In this document: piece after piece, positions 27,215 through 40,900 of the stretch | How the letters are laid out: every line of letters begins with the position of its first letter | Position numbering within the stretch: position 1 is the stretch's first letter | Source of the DNA: Antedon mediterranea | Taxonomy: Eukaryota > Animalia > Echinodermata | Direction of reading: 5' to 3' | NCBI RefSeq assembly: GCF_964355755.1 | Contig: NC_092679.1 | Coordinates: forward strand, 17,901,432-17,965,431 | DNA: 64,000 nucleotides | Made by a program: the position numbers and the translations under genes | Notes under the pieces: generated by a model | Seen by the model: the letters and a program-made list of their open reading frames with translations, nothing else | Told to the model about the DNA's origin: nothing | The model's database searches: none

Positions 27215-29098
27215 TTCTGAAAGAGAAAATCATACACATTTAACAGTCAGTATTGATTGACACTGTTGAGTAGGTTGGGGGAAATTTGTTATCCAACCAA
27301 TTTGTTTGACATTGGTTGAAATACAAAATATTACAGAAATATATCCAAAGTTCCACTGAACTCCTAGCTAGCATAAACCTTGTATAAGTAGTAGACAACA
27401 AACATCACATTCACAGGGGATGTGGGAAGAGAGAGAGAGGGGGGGGGGGATGGGTTGTGGAGGAGAGACAGAACCAAAACAGAACATCCCAGCCTCTTTT
27501 TTAAGAAAATTTTTAATAAAAGCCATTACCTAGACAGTTTTACAATGTCATCACAGTTGCTTCATACAGGTTAATACAACTACCTACACATTTAGTAAGA
27601 CTTTAGGTCAATAGCTAGAAGCAACTTATAAGGAATAATATGCAATGAACCGGAACTGATTTCTTGACAAAATCTTAGCTTCGGGTTTTAATTGAATGGT
27701 AAATTTAGAGATATAACTCAGAAATACACATGCTTTTAAGTACAATACACGGATTAAATGAGTCAGGGAATTTATTTCATCATAAAGAAATTGAAGGAAA
27801 AACAAATTTTTGATAATGATCAATAAAGTTATATAGTTACAAAGTCTAGCGACAGTGTTCGTAAATTATACTCTGCGGTCTCATTATAAGTGATCTTTAT
27901 CTAAAATACTTTTTATACTTCAACTTAATTGATTCTGACAAAACGTGGTAACTAGTGTGGTGTATACAGTACCTCTAAAAATTCTTTATTCAAGTATTTT
28001 TTATGTTCCCCTATTCAATTTTAAAGTCATAAAAAAAACCAGTACTATAAATAATTCATTATAGTCATAAACAACAATGAAATTGTAACAATAGCTTCAC
28101 TTATACTTATTTTCCTTTCCTCATTTTGATAAAGATGCCAATAAAAAAAAATATTGTAAAGTCTGTACCTAGTGGCACTGGTAAATTGTAAAAACTATGG
28201 ACTACACCATTGGATTGGAAGGGTGTTCAATGATTTCCACTTTGCAAATTATATCTCGCTTCTCAAGGATAATACAATAGGCTTTTCTCAGTTTATCCAG
28301 GTGAGCTAGGCACAAAATTGACTAGGTAATATTTGAAAAGGTATTTACTGAAAAATATGGGTGTCAAAAAGGGTGGCCTTTCGTTTTGACACCCAAGCAG
28401 CTAGACAACTGTCAAGTTTTAAAATCCTTCTGTGCATGCTCAAAAACATGTGTGCATAATTATGTAGAAAAATTATTGAAATTCTCTATTTTAATATTAT
28501 ATAGTTTTGATGATGTTGAAGATTACTGAAAAATATAGCAAGTTGCAAACTAGTCAAAAATATAAATGCTATTTACGTTGGAGAAAACACCATGATATAT
28601 TACATACACACATTTAACAATATTTTTAGGAACAAAACAGTAAATACAACAAATAAACATTACCCTATCTTTTCTTTGAACAGATCGTTGGGTTGTCAGC
28701 ACAAACTTAAAAGTTCACAGAAGAACTGTACTAATGTAATAGAAGAGTAATTACCTTTCAAATTATGATGGAAAGAGTTAATTAACTTCAAAATACACAC
28801 ATTCCTCCATCTGTCTTGCTTTTATTAAGTACATCACAGTACTCCTAATAATCCTTTCATTGTGTTTTACTATAAACAATCTTAGAACTAACATAAACAC
28901 CAAGCTCTTAAAAATCAGATTCTGCTCAGGTCATGGCAACTACTACAGTTTGATCAACATGTTACTTTTGTTTCCAATTCCAACATGGTTACTAAATTTC
29001 TAAAATTAAAACTTGGAATGGTTTTATCGTGACATGCATCCCCGCATGCATCAAACAGAAAGCCAAGTACAGGATGGGAAACATGCTTTATAAACTAA

Positions 29099-29263
29099 AG
29101 CTCTATCTACACTATCAAACTTTATGTGACAAAATAATGTGATGTGCCTATATATGGACATGATGATCTCATCACCACCATATGTGCGTGTATCATGTAT
29201 TTGGCACATCACACTTTTTTTTGTCGAACTAGTTTGATATTGTAGACATAGTGTAGACATAGC
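29099..29263. mobile_element. MITE family A
   Basis: Both TIRs; right end partly duplicated. Confidence 0.8.
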
Positions 29264-29939
29264 TTAGACAGAACATTAGATTTGAACCAAGGTTCTTGGG
29301 ATTGGAAGGCAAGCAGCAAACCACAGTGCCACAATTACTACTTCAATATGCAAATGTCATACTTAACCCAACTCAGTGTTTCTGAATCTACCAGATACTC
29401 TCCATATTTAAAACTGGAATCTTGGTTGGGGCGACTTTTTCTCATTCTCACAGATTTTCTCATCTTATCGTTTCAAATTAATTAATACATTTTCAGTATA
29501 TCACCGGGCGGTTTAGAATTTGTTCTGTGCCTGTGGTGTGTATTATATATTGTCATAGTTATATACTGCCTATAAACATTTTTTTTGAAATACAAGTACA
29601 ATATTAAAATTACGCTCAAAATAACTTTCTTTTCTTTTTTTAAACTTAAATTCCAATGAAGCCAACAACAATAGTCCATATGGAATACCATGCAGATGCT
29701 GGAATTTGTTAACATTGTATTAAAAAAATCAACCTTAAAAAAAGTCAAGCTAATCCTTCATTATGAATTATTCCATTAATATTATGATGATGTAATAGAG
29801 TGTAATGATAATAACAGAAGTCATTGAGTCCCCACTGAAAAATCAACAATTTACCTCCACTTGAAAATTCCACTGATATCGTACTGGTGCCAGGTACGTT
29901 TTTTATTTATTTTTATTTTTATTTTATTTTATGTCTTTA

Positions 29940-30191
29940 GGCAATGTGGCCAAGGATTACCAATAGTGAATTAATCACTGTCCTATCAGATAGGTGGTAA
30001 TCCCCCTGATACAGGGGCTATTGTGTGAATCAGTTCACCGGGGTAACCCCCTACTCTTTTTCGAATAATGAACTGGGTTTCTTTAAAGTACACACAGGTT
30101 ATAACTGTGTACACTGGACCTACGGTTTATAGTCCTTATCCGAGAAGACTTGTTCCACCACCAGAACTAGGAGCGAGTCGGCCTCGAACCC
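29940..30191 (-). mobile_element. SINE, Meta-domain-like (5'-truncated at the B box)
   Basis: Minus strand gggttcgagg...tcttctcggataaggactataaaccgtaggtccagtg...ctttaaagaa...gaaaagagtagggg; a homologous copy lies at 39233-39420. Confidence 0.7.
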
Positions 30192-31253
30192 TTTTACATC
30201 CATTCCAAGTCTTATTTATATAAAGAAGAACAGGAAAATTCTTTACAATGGCAAAATATTTCTTGTTTCTAAAAACTCTTTAGCCCATTTCAAACAGAGC
30301 TGCAAGACGGTAATATTGCGGTAATTTGTGAATGCCAGCCTATGTGTGAAAGGGTAAAAGCCCCTTAATGCCGTCTTCCGTTAGACCACCGCAATTCTAT
30401 GTAAAAAGGGCATAGAATTCAAGAAAAACTGATGAAATTGAAACGAGTATTAAAAAGGAAACTTCTCCATCATAAGTGACAAGAATGACAAAAACCTGCG
30501 GAAACCCATTAACAGACATGACACTACCACCAATTAATGCATGATTCTATTTTACAAATGTTTGATTTCATTTTCAGAACATGAAAAATAATTTTGTACT
30601 AAATAAAAATATTAAAATCTCTAAGCTGAAGACAATGTATAGCTGTATAGTAGATCACAAGGGTACATACATCACATGGTAACATAGAGCTACAATGTTC
30701 TATGTATAAAGTGTAATGTAATGATTTACACTTTCTACAGTACAATAAGTATACAGTAGTAAATATGTTTAAAAACTTACCGATAATTAAAGTAGTTCTA
30801 CTGACATAAGCTCTCCATTTTTAATAATGAATGCACATAATTTGAAAAACATTCTTTTACAATGAGACAGTCTGATCTCAATTTAACAGACATTTATTGC
30901 ATTTAATTTGCATAAAGCTATTATTAAATATTATGGTATGAGTAATTGGCTATACTGGAGTTTATGAGCGATACGTGCTGTTAAATTATATAGTGTATAA
31001 AAATACATTTTTATTTTATATATACACTACATGATAATGAAGATTATTACAAACAATGCACAAAACAAGACAACCACCAGTGGTTAATCCATATCTATTT
31101 AAAATAGGGGAAAGGGGGTGGGGCCAAGGGGTGGGGCCAGGCCTGGGTAGTGCGCACACATACAAATGGTATAAATGAAGTGCTCAACTGAGCCTAATGT
31201 CTACTCTTTTGCATTGTGAATTTAGAAATTTAAGGGTTGGGGGTTTGGATTTG

Positions 31254-31443
31254 CCTGTCTACACTATCAAACTTCATGTGAAAAAATAATGTGATGCACC
31301 CATATATGGACATGATGATGATGGGCCCTCTGGGAGACCAGTCTTTGACTGAAGAGGTTACCCAGTATAAATATAAATTTCAATCAATCACTATCCTATT
31401 TGGGCACATCACACTTTTTTGTCAAACTAGTGTAGAAAGAACT
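31254..31443. mobile_element. MITE family A with an internal ~65-bp foreign insertion
   Basis: Insert gggccctctgggagaccagtctttgactgaagaggttacccagtataaatataaatttcaatcaatc looks like a retroposon 3' tail. Confidence 0.7.
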
Positions 31444-33162
31444 TTAGATCAGAAGATTGTACATGTGATAACATGTCATGTTCCATACCACAACACTTGA
31501 ACAACAGAGGCTCTGATTCGTTCCCCAGGAATACGATTTTCTTAGTCTAGTCCGACTATAGCTTCTTAACAATTCCCCAACATAGATCATCATATTTTGC
31601 AATAATTTTTTAGTTTTGAAACGTGATAGTTCAAAGAAATAAAATTGCATCTACTGCGTGTACCACTAGGTAATAAAAGTGGAAAATAAAACAAGAATTC
31701 ATCATTCAGGTAACTACTACTAGCCTAGGGTAAGCCAGACGAATGCAAATCCACTCGCAATTAATAGCTTAGTACTTTTAATTGAGCTAAATATCAATGT
31801 TTACATAAAACACTTACTAAGAGATCGTAATTGAAATTTATCAATACTCGCACAATTAAACTCAACAGTTGCATTTATCAGGCATAACACTCAGCGTGAC
31901 TAATTAAATGGAATTTAATAATTGATTAACAGCTATTTAATCATTTATTTACTATTCTAAATTCAATTCAATTAATAAAACATGCATTTGTTAAATCTTA
32001 AATAGTGTGGTTCAGTACCAAGTATATCACCATGCTTGAGTATTTTTATTTTATTTTATTTTATTTCATACTCATCCAACAGCGAGTCAATTACAGGATG
32101 GATAAACTATTTAATAATTTCACAAGACAAACATATACACAAGATGCTCTACATAAACAAAGACTTATTATTGAGTCTTTGGGAGTGGAGTTGTAAATTG
32201 TCATGAGAAAAAACCCTGACATATGACAGGACTTGAACCCAGGACCCTTAGATTGGTAGCCAAGCATCATAACCACCAAGCCAGAGCTCCACCCCTAATT
32301 TTTAGGGAACATTCCTATAAATTTCACAAATAGTAATGCATAAGAAAGAACATCAGCACTTCATTTCACTACTTTAGGCCCTGAGCTCCACCTATTTCAA
32401 AATCCTGGATAGCCACTATTGTATTCCACCAGACCCCCATGGGATTATACAGAGCATGGTATAGTAAACTCTCCCAAAATTGTGATGGACCAAAAAGTCC
32501 CTATAATCAGGTCCGTTATAATCTCTAATCTCCTTCCCCTCTCAGGCGCCCCACCCTCCCCAGGTCATCTGATTCATGAAATGTGCTTTGTATTCTGCTT
32601 TCAAGTAATTAGATAATTCACCAAACTATTACAATAATTAGCTAATATTTATGTAAACTACAAAATTAATTATTAATTCACATAACATTTTAAACAAAAT
32701 TGTGCTTAATTAAAGCTAATAACATTAATAAATGTAATTTATTGTATTATTTCAAAATAATTCAATGAAATATTAATTGAAATAATATTGATATTGAACT
32801 GTACAAATTAGTAGGCCTACAACAAAACTTTTATTACTAATTTTAATTCTTAAGTACCTTAACTGAGTGAATTACTACAAAATTAATTTAATATTCAATC
32901 AAGGTCTACAAATTAAAATAAATTTGCACCAAACACTAATTGAATATTTTATGAAAATAAACTGAATTTGAGTTTATCCAATAAGGTTTATTTAATACCT
33001 ATCTTAACGCTAATTGCCTAATTGCATAATTCCTAATCCTCAGTCATTTTACAACACCTGGTAGTAGACAATTAAACCAATAACCACAATTCTAAAACAA
33101 GTGACTAATAAACTAAATAATAATCAATGACTTGTTCATAAAAATTAATAACAGATACTCAC

Positions 33163-33743
33163 CGTTTGTTTTAAAAATCTCAACAGAAAAGAATAATTAC
33201 ATTAACAATATGTTCATTGCAACGAAGCATACGATCAGAGGATGCGACTCCCTTTGTAGGTAGAACCGTACGAATATGTAATCTACGATAGCAAGCTTGA
33301 TAAAACGCAATTATTGATTCTCTCATCGACGTTAAAGTGTCATATAATATTGGTGAATGCGGATGACATAGAGTAACATAGCCTTGGGTTGTAATATTCC
33401 ATTGATTACACAATACAAGAAACAGCTCATCAAAAGAGGTAGAAAATATTCTAACTTCACAATCAATATTGGAAGAAGAAAAATTTGCTGGTGTAGTATG
33501 CATCAACGGTTCGCATGCTTGTCGACTTATTAACATAGTCGTCTGGAGAGCCATTATACTTGTATTGAAAACTGTTTTTTTTTTAACGATAATGAGATTT
33601 TGCCTTTTAGGTATGAAGCAGACGACGCTATGTACACACTCATGATCTTGCAGTAAATAGCTATTAATATGCATGCTAAAAGATTGTATAGAATTATACT
33701 GTAGATTAACCATTAATTTAGGAGGAATATGGTAACAAACCAA
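33163..33743 (-). other. Candidate non-coding 5' exon of the ASPP-like gene
   Basis: Strong donor ACG|gtgagt at 33163 upstream of the ATG-bearing exon; no in-frame ATG; 5' boundary unknown. Confidence 0.3.
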
Positions 33744-34799
33744 TTATAATGCAATAGTAAAATGTAAGTTCTGAACTTAACCTACTGTAATAATGTTTAA
33801 TTGCTGCATTATGTCTGCATTAAGGGCAATGAGCTGGGGGAGGGGGATTTGTTGTGGTGCTGTTGGTATTGCAATCTTGCCTCATACAGGAAATACCACC
33901 ATCACACAAAATCATGCTGTAAACAAGATTTAGGAACATGCTGTATGGTTGTTCCCTCATTTTTTCTGTGGCCACCTTTATTATTTAACCTCTAAAATTT
34001 TGCTGGACCCAGAATAAGGTAATATTACATTAAGAACATGTTAACAGTAGATTATATTAAACAATGTATGCCACATAGGTAGGAAATAACATACAACAAT
34101 TATACAAAATCTATATAAAAATATCAATGCTAAACTTACTTTGAAATATAAAAATATACTGTATTATATTTTATAAATAATTTTCAGCTTTACTACGATT
34201 AATTCCTTCAGTATAAAATCACTTTTAAAGAATGCACTTAAAGTTCCATCTACTCTAGACATGTGTCCTGGTTATGATTCGACGAGCTCAACGAGAAACA
34301 TGAACAGAAGGATTAAGCTTTGATTTGTATGATTTAAGGCCAAAATCTGACAACATCTCCTTGTGTTTGAAACTATGAATGTGCATCCTTCGTCAGAGCC
34401 TAGGGCTTAGGCGGTCTAAAGCTAGCCAAGGCAGCATGGTAAACAACAGCAAACACAAGTCAATTCTTTCATAGAAAAAAATATCACTGGTAAGACTATT
34501 CTCCGGTTCTCAAAGGTGCCTGACCTAATTGCAGTCTTTACAAAACGATAATTATTGTCCCTCCGAATGTGTGTACATAAGATATATTCTCGATGGCAAG
34601 AATATGTTCAACCATGTGTGAGTTACTATACAATTATATCAATCAGCTACTTAAGTACACTTAAAGGCATTTATATTAACTTTGTAGGACAAGATTGTTG
34701 ATTTAGTACTTAAATAACAACAAAGAAATTAGACGATTCTAGTTTTTCATGCAAGCCTTTTGATGAAGATCAAACGAAAAGATGAAACACATAGAAATA

Positions 34800-35226
34800 C
34801 AGTAGAACCCCTCCATTAGGACACACCTATTAAGGGGACACACCTATTAAGGGGACACACCTATTAATGGGACACACCTATTAAGGGGACACACCTATTA
34901 AGGGGACACACCTATTAAGAGGACACACCTATTAAGGGGACACACCTATTAAGGGGACACACCTATTAAGGGGACACACCTATTAAGAGGACACACCTAT
35001 TAAGGGGACACACCTATTAAGGGGACACACCTATTAAGGGGACACACCTATTAAGGGGACACACCTATTAAGGGGACACACCTATTAAGGGGACACACCT
35101 ATTAAGGGGACACACCTATTAAGGGGACACTTTCCTGTTAAACCAGGGAGATGTAAAATAATTTTACATCTCCCTGGTTAACCAAACGAGGGGAAATGTG
35201 ATTTTTGGGTCCCAAAGGTTCTACTG
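34800..35226. mobile_element. Tc1/mariner-pogo-like MITE containing an expanded 19-bp tandem array
   Basis: ta|cagtagaacc...ggttctactg; internal (acacctattaaggggacac) x ~16 at 34820-35130. Confidence 0.75.
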
Positions 35227-37791
35227 GTGGAACTTTAGATATTTGAAAGAAAATAAACAGAAGGAATTCACAAAAGTTTGTTCTTTTCTAGATTTAGCTT
35301 CACATATTATACAAGAAATAACCAATTAAAACAGGGCAGTTTTTTTCCTATGTGTTTATTTATGATACAATAGCCGTATTTAAAACAACAGGTTTTCCCA
35401 AAATGAGTAGCCGCCACCACCTCTTCATTATTCATCCCATGGCAACGAATGACTTTTCATTATTTTTCAATCACACTTTAAAATAAGAACTAACTATAGT
35501 TCAAAACCAACAATTCAACATGGACTCTTGAAACAGTAATAATTAAATCATTACATAGTAGTATGAAGCTAAATGGAACGGTTTGTGATAATAAATCACA
35601 AAAATGACAGTTAATTTCTATAACTTAAACTGTATTTACGATTGAATCTGACAGGTCTAAGCTTTTGCATTAAATGTCTAAAGCTATGTTAAATTTCTTA
35701 AATCATCTTGTGATGTACAACAGAACATTTCTGTACTTAGAATTTTTATAGCATAGTCACAGTTCAGAGGTAATTATAGCTCCATGGTCACAGATTAAAG
35801 AGAGGAGGAGGGGGTCATTGGTGTAAAGGCTATGAGCAGTCACTGGCTAAATCCAGAAGGCCCCTGAGTAGGGTCTAGAGGTAAAAACAGGCATTAAAAT
35901 ATGTCAAAAAGTGCTAAAAACGTCTAAGGCATCCAGCGTTGTACTTATCCACTTAGGTTCCTTAAACCAGGTACCTCAAGCATCTGTTACGTCACTGGAA
36001 GGTGTGCAGAGGGAAACAACCACCATGTTACACTGCCAGATGCACTTAAGAAGAAGCCTACAGTAAGTGTAGCAGTGTAACAATGTTTAAAATTAGTACA
36101 GAGCACACTTTCAATGGATTCTCTGAAAAAAATCTCACAAAACTAAACATTTCTTGCAGTCATAAGGTACCAAATTCTTTTTTTTTTTAAATACTTTTGG
36201 AATAGTAGACTTTCTGAAAAATAACACATACTGTATTGGGAAAGTTTCGTTTAATAATTCTCCTTTTTTTAAATCACCATCCATCCTATTTCAAAGTGTG
36301 ATGGATGGAATACAATTTGAATAGGGGAGGGAGTGAATTGAGAAGGGAGGCACAGAGTACTCTTTGCTATTGTCCTTGAGTCATAATCAAACACACTAAT
36401 CACTGTATGATCATATTGCTAACAGCAGTTTATTTTGGCTCACTTCCAAATTCCTGAAATCACCTGAGATGACAAATTATCCAAAAAAATTAAGAAAACC
36501 ATTGAATTATAGCAATTGTGTTATAAATCAAGGCAAAATCAATGTTTTTTCTTCCGTGAACCGATTATTACTAACCAATCATACATTTGTATGCCTGTAT
36601 GCCCAAAACAAATACTTGATAACGTTTTGATAAAAAATACCAGATTTCGGCAAACATAATTATTGTTTGTGACTCCCTTCAACAAAATAGATTCATTAAA
36701 GGAAAGCAGTGGACCATGACGTTAGGTTAATTAGTGTTAATTAAGTGTTAGGAAGCAAAGAGTAAATCTAAAAGGATTTGTATAGAGTCATACTTCTACT
36801 TTATTGTTGGCCACGCGCATCTGTATGCAAATGAAGCAAACTTCTGTCGAGTTTTAAGCAAATACAGAGGGTTCATTATTTATATTCATTGATGCTTCTG
36901 CAGTGGCATGCGTGGCACTATTAGTATTATTGTCTCAATTGTTTCTTTTTAGTCAATTCATTTTAAAGAAACGAATATTGCATTTTACAATGTCCTTTTA
37001 TAGTCATAGAATTTAGAAACAAACAACAAAATAAATCTTCTCGCTCAGTTGTTTTGCTACTACTACTAGGCCTAGCCTTAATTAATCATCTAGGGACCTG
37101 TTTTTGCAAAGAAAAAGATGGTTAAATGGTGTGTGGACATATTACTATAAAAAATTATTACAATCAGTAACTGAAAATTAATTTAAATTACATGATTAAC
37201 ATTTTTAATTATAAACATGAATGGAGTGGCATAATAAAAATTGTGTTTGAATACTATACAATACATTAATATGTTATTAAATATATTAACATAAATAGGT
37301 TCGGGATGGTCTGGCATTGAACAAACACTTATTTTGGCTCTCTATGCTAGGCCTATGAATTTGCATCAACCCCATTCTCTCCGTCCGGTGTTTGGCATCA
37401 GAACATGACGGGAGGTGGTGTAGCCTAGCCTCCTGTCAACAACATGTGGATGATGATGATTCAAAGTTTTCTTTATGTTTGTTTGTATGTTTATATAGAA
37501 TTTGAGCCAATATGCAGTTTATACAAGCTAAAATTAGAACAACATTAAAACAAGCAATATGTCATGATAAACCGTACCATTATGCAAATCTTGAGAAAGT
37601 AAAATTTTGCTTTTAAAAGTTTTCTTCTCTTCCAAAAGTCGTCTGCTCCTCCTTCTATTCTGACATCCATGTGACGTATTTTGAAGTTCAATGAACTTTC
37701 GGAGAATAATATTACAAAATATAGGGGGCGCTGTTTAATCAAATTATTTCTACTCTCGAAGAGTTGGTTGGTAAACATAATAAACATTATA

Positions 37792-37916
37792 ATGGATAGG
37801 ATTATAGCTTTAATTGATATGGATTGCTTTTATGTTCAAGTTGAACAGCGTCTAAATAATTCTTTGAAAGGAAAACCATGTGCGGTTGTACAGTATAATG
37901 CATGGAAAGGAGGCGG
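37792..37916 (+). CDS. POLH: POLH coding exon 1
   Basis: MDRIIALIDMDCFYVQVEQR...VVQYNAWKGG; donor GG|gtaaga. Confidence 0.95.
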
Positions 37917-40900
37917 GTAAGAAATCATAACAAAATACCATCATCAGATACAGATCATCTGCATGATTGAAAATTAAATTCGCGCTTTTCTTTATTTTGA
38001 TTAAATCCGATCGGCATGGTACCTCGTCGAAAATAACACGAATTTAAATACAAAGTCTTGTAGAATTAATATCAATAATACAATATAACATTGTTCTTTA
38101 AAAACACCCAAAATTTAGTAATGAAAGCTAAATACCGCTGTTAGAATCATTGTGTGATCACAAAGTCTTGTGAATGCCAGCCAATTCCTAGATAGTATAG
38201 TGGTAAGTATCTCCGCCTGTCACGCGGAAGACCGGGGTTCAATTCCCCGTCTGGGAGGCTATTTTTTTAAATGTTCCAAATTTTTTTTTATCTTATATTG
38301 ATTCATTTTATTCAACTTTTTTATTATCTTTCTTATATTGAAATATATAAATGTTCCTTTTTTTGTTAGTTATTTGTATTCTGTTGACATACTAATTTAT
38401 TTATTCTTTTATAATAATATGTAGCTTATTACATATTAAAAAATGTTTGGCCTTATAATATTAATAATTAATTACTATTGATCTAATAATTACAGGATTA
38501 TTGCAGTGAGTTATGAAGCTAGAGCAGCTGGTGTTACCAGACAGATGAGGGGTGATGAAGCGAAAAAGAAATGTCCAGAAATTCAGCTCGTGCCTGTACC
38601 ACAAAATAGAGGAAAAGCAAATTTAGACAAGTGAGGATTCAATGATTTTTATACTCAAGTATTTTGCATGCTTAAATAATATTACTGTACGCTTGGTAGG
38701 CAAGGTTAACATGCTTTTATTCGAATCACCAGGTTTCAATCCTCACTTAGTGTCAACTCCATCCATGAGACTTATAATTTATAAGCATTATAAATTATAA
38801 AATAGTTTATCCATCCTGCAACTGGCATGTTACAATTATTATTGGATGCATATGAAATAAAAAATTTAAAAAGAATCATGAACATTTATTATTCTTCTAT
38901 TGTTTTTCATTTCAATTAATTCAGGTACAGAGATGCTGGAGCTGAGATTATTAAAGTTCTGTGCAAGTTTAGTGACTGTGTAGAGCGTGCAAGTATCGAT
39001 GAGGCTTACATCGACCTCACTGATGTTGTTCAAAAACGACTGGAAAGATTGCAAGGGGAGCGTATCACGTTTGATATGCTACCCAACACGCATGTTGTTG
39101 GCTGGGATGGAAATGAAGAAACTAGTTCATTGAGTGAGGATGGAAGTTCGAAACAAGGAGATGCAGAAAAAACTCATGGTACTATAAGCATCTCCCTGCT
39201 ATAAGTAATTAATAATACAGTATAACATCGGCAAAGGTTTAAGGCTCACTCACTCCATGGTTCTGGTGGTAGAAAGAGTCTTCTAGGATAAGGACTATTA
39301 ACCGTAGGTCCAGTGTACACATCTAGCTTATGTGCACTTTAAAGAACCTAGTACATCTTTCAAGACGAGTAGGAGTCACCCTGGTGTACTAGTACACACA
39401 CAGCCACTGTCACTCACAGCCACTGAAAATTTCCTGTGGAATTTAGGTCAAAAAAGTTTAAACAAAGAAAGATCCAAAAAAAAATACAATAGTATAATGA
39501 TAATACTGTAATAGATATATGTTACTGACATAATTTCTTTTTTTTTTCTATAGGGCTAAGCAATAGAGAAGCTGGAGTGATTCAATGGTTGGAAAATGCT
39601 GACAGTGTACAGGATAAGAGGCTAGCAATGGGAGGCTATATTGTAGAAGAAATCCGTGCAGCTATCTTTGAAGAAACAAGTTTTAGGTGTTCGGGTGGTA
39701 TTGCATATAATAAGGTGTGTATCTTCTAAAGCCTTGTGTGATACAATGACCTGTGATGATTTCATTCTTTAACATTGTGTCTGGCGCCCTCAATTTACAA
39801 AAATAATCCATATTTTTGTTTAGTCACTTATCATTTTCATCTTCAATAATTTACTGAATTCAAAATTTGAAAAACTAAAAATGAAAGGTAATACTGCTCT
39901 TCAGAATTATTGTGAGGTCTTAAATTCTTGGTGACTCCAGCCAATTCCTAGATAGTATAGTGGTAAGTATCTCCGCCTGTCACGCGGAAGACCGGGGTTC
40001 AATTCCCCGTCTGGGAGGCTATTTTTTAAAATGTTCCTTTATTATTTTTTTACACTTTTTTATCCTTTCAATATAGAAAAAGAAAAATTTAATTTTTTTG
40101 GGATTACTTTTTTTAAGTAGAAATTTGACAGTTTTGACAAATTGTTTTTGAAAAAACTATAGATGTTAGCAAAGCTGTCGTGTGGAATTAATAAACCAAA
40201 CAAACAGACCATTACTCCTCACACATCAGTGGAAAACCTATTTAAAACACTACCTATCAGGAAAATGTGAGTATGATTCTAAAGATGTGATATGCCCAAA
40301 TATGGTAGTGATATGCCTAAATTTGGTAGTGATCTTCATGTCCATATTTGGGCACATCACATTTTTTTTTCAAATAAAGTTTGATAGTGTAGACAGAAAT
40401 TGAGGTACCTTGCACAGCCCCACGGAAGAGTTGATCATGAGTCCCCATGGTTAAATAAAATTGATTTAAATACCCTTCCATAAAAAAATGGATAGACATG
40501 TCAAGTATGAAAAGAAAAAGACTAATACCAGTAATAATATTTGAAATAAATTTATATAAAATAAAACAATTAAATAAAATTGATAAGTTATAGAATAAAT
40601 AAATACAATTTTTAAAAATCTGTTAATAATAGGATTGTACTAGAAGGAAAAATGAGATTTTATCACATTGTTATTTCTAATATTCAGTCGGAATCTAGGA
40701 GGAAAACTTGGACATATGTTAGTAGCTGACTTGAACATAAATTTTATGGGTGATCTGTGCCAGTATACAAAGGTGTTCCTTCAAAGCAAATATGGGGACA
40801 AAACTGGGTAAGTTTTTATATGTAAATAATGGGAAACAATAGAGATGAGAAAAATAGAAGAATCCTAAGTTTGAGCTTCTGTTGGAGCATAGCTCAAGTA

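Noticed and set aside
33180-33743. 187-aa minus-strand ORF
   Set aside because: Non-ATG start, no recognisable domain, and it stops before the nearby donor; more likely UTR.
35805-36060. Additional SINE copy
   Set aside because: GC-richer with an A-box-like start, but no clear B box or second copy in the window.
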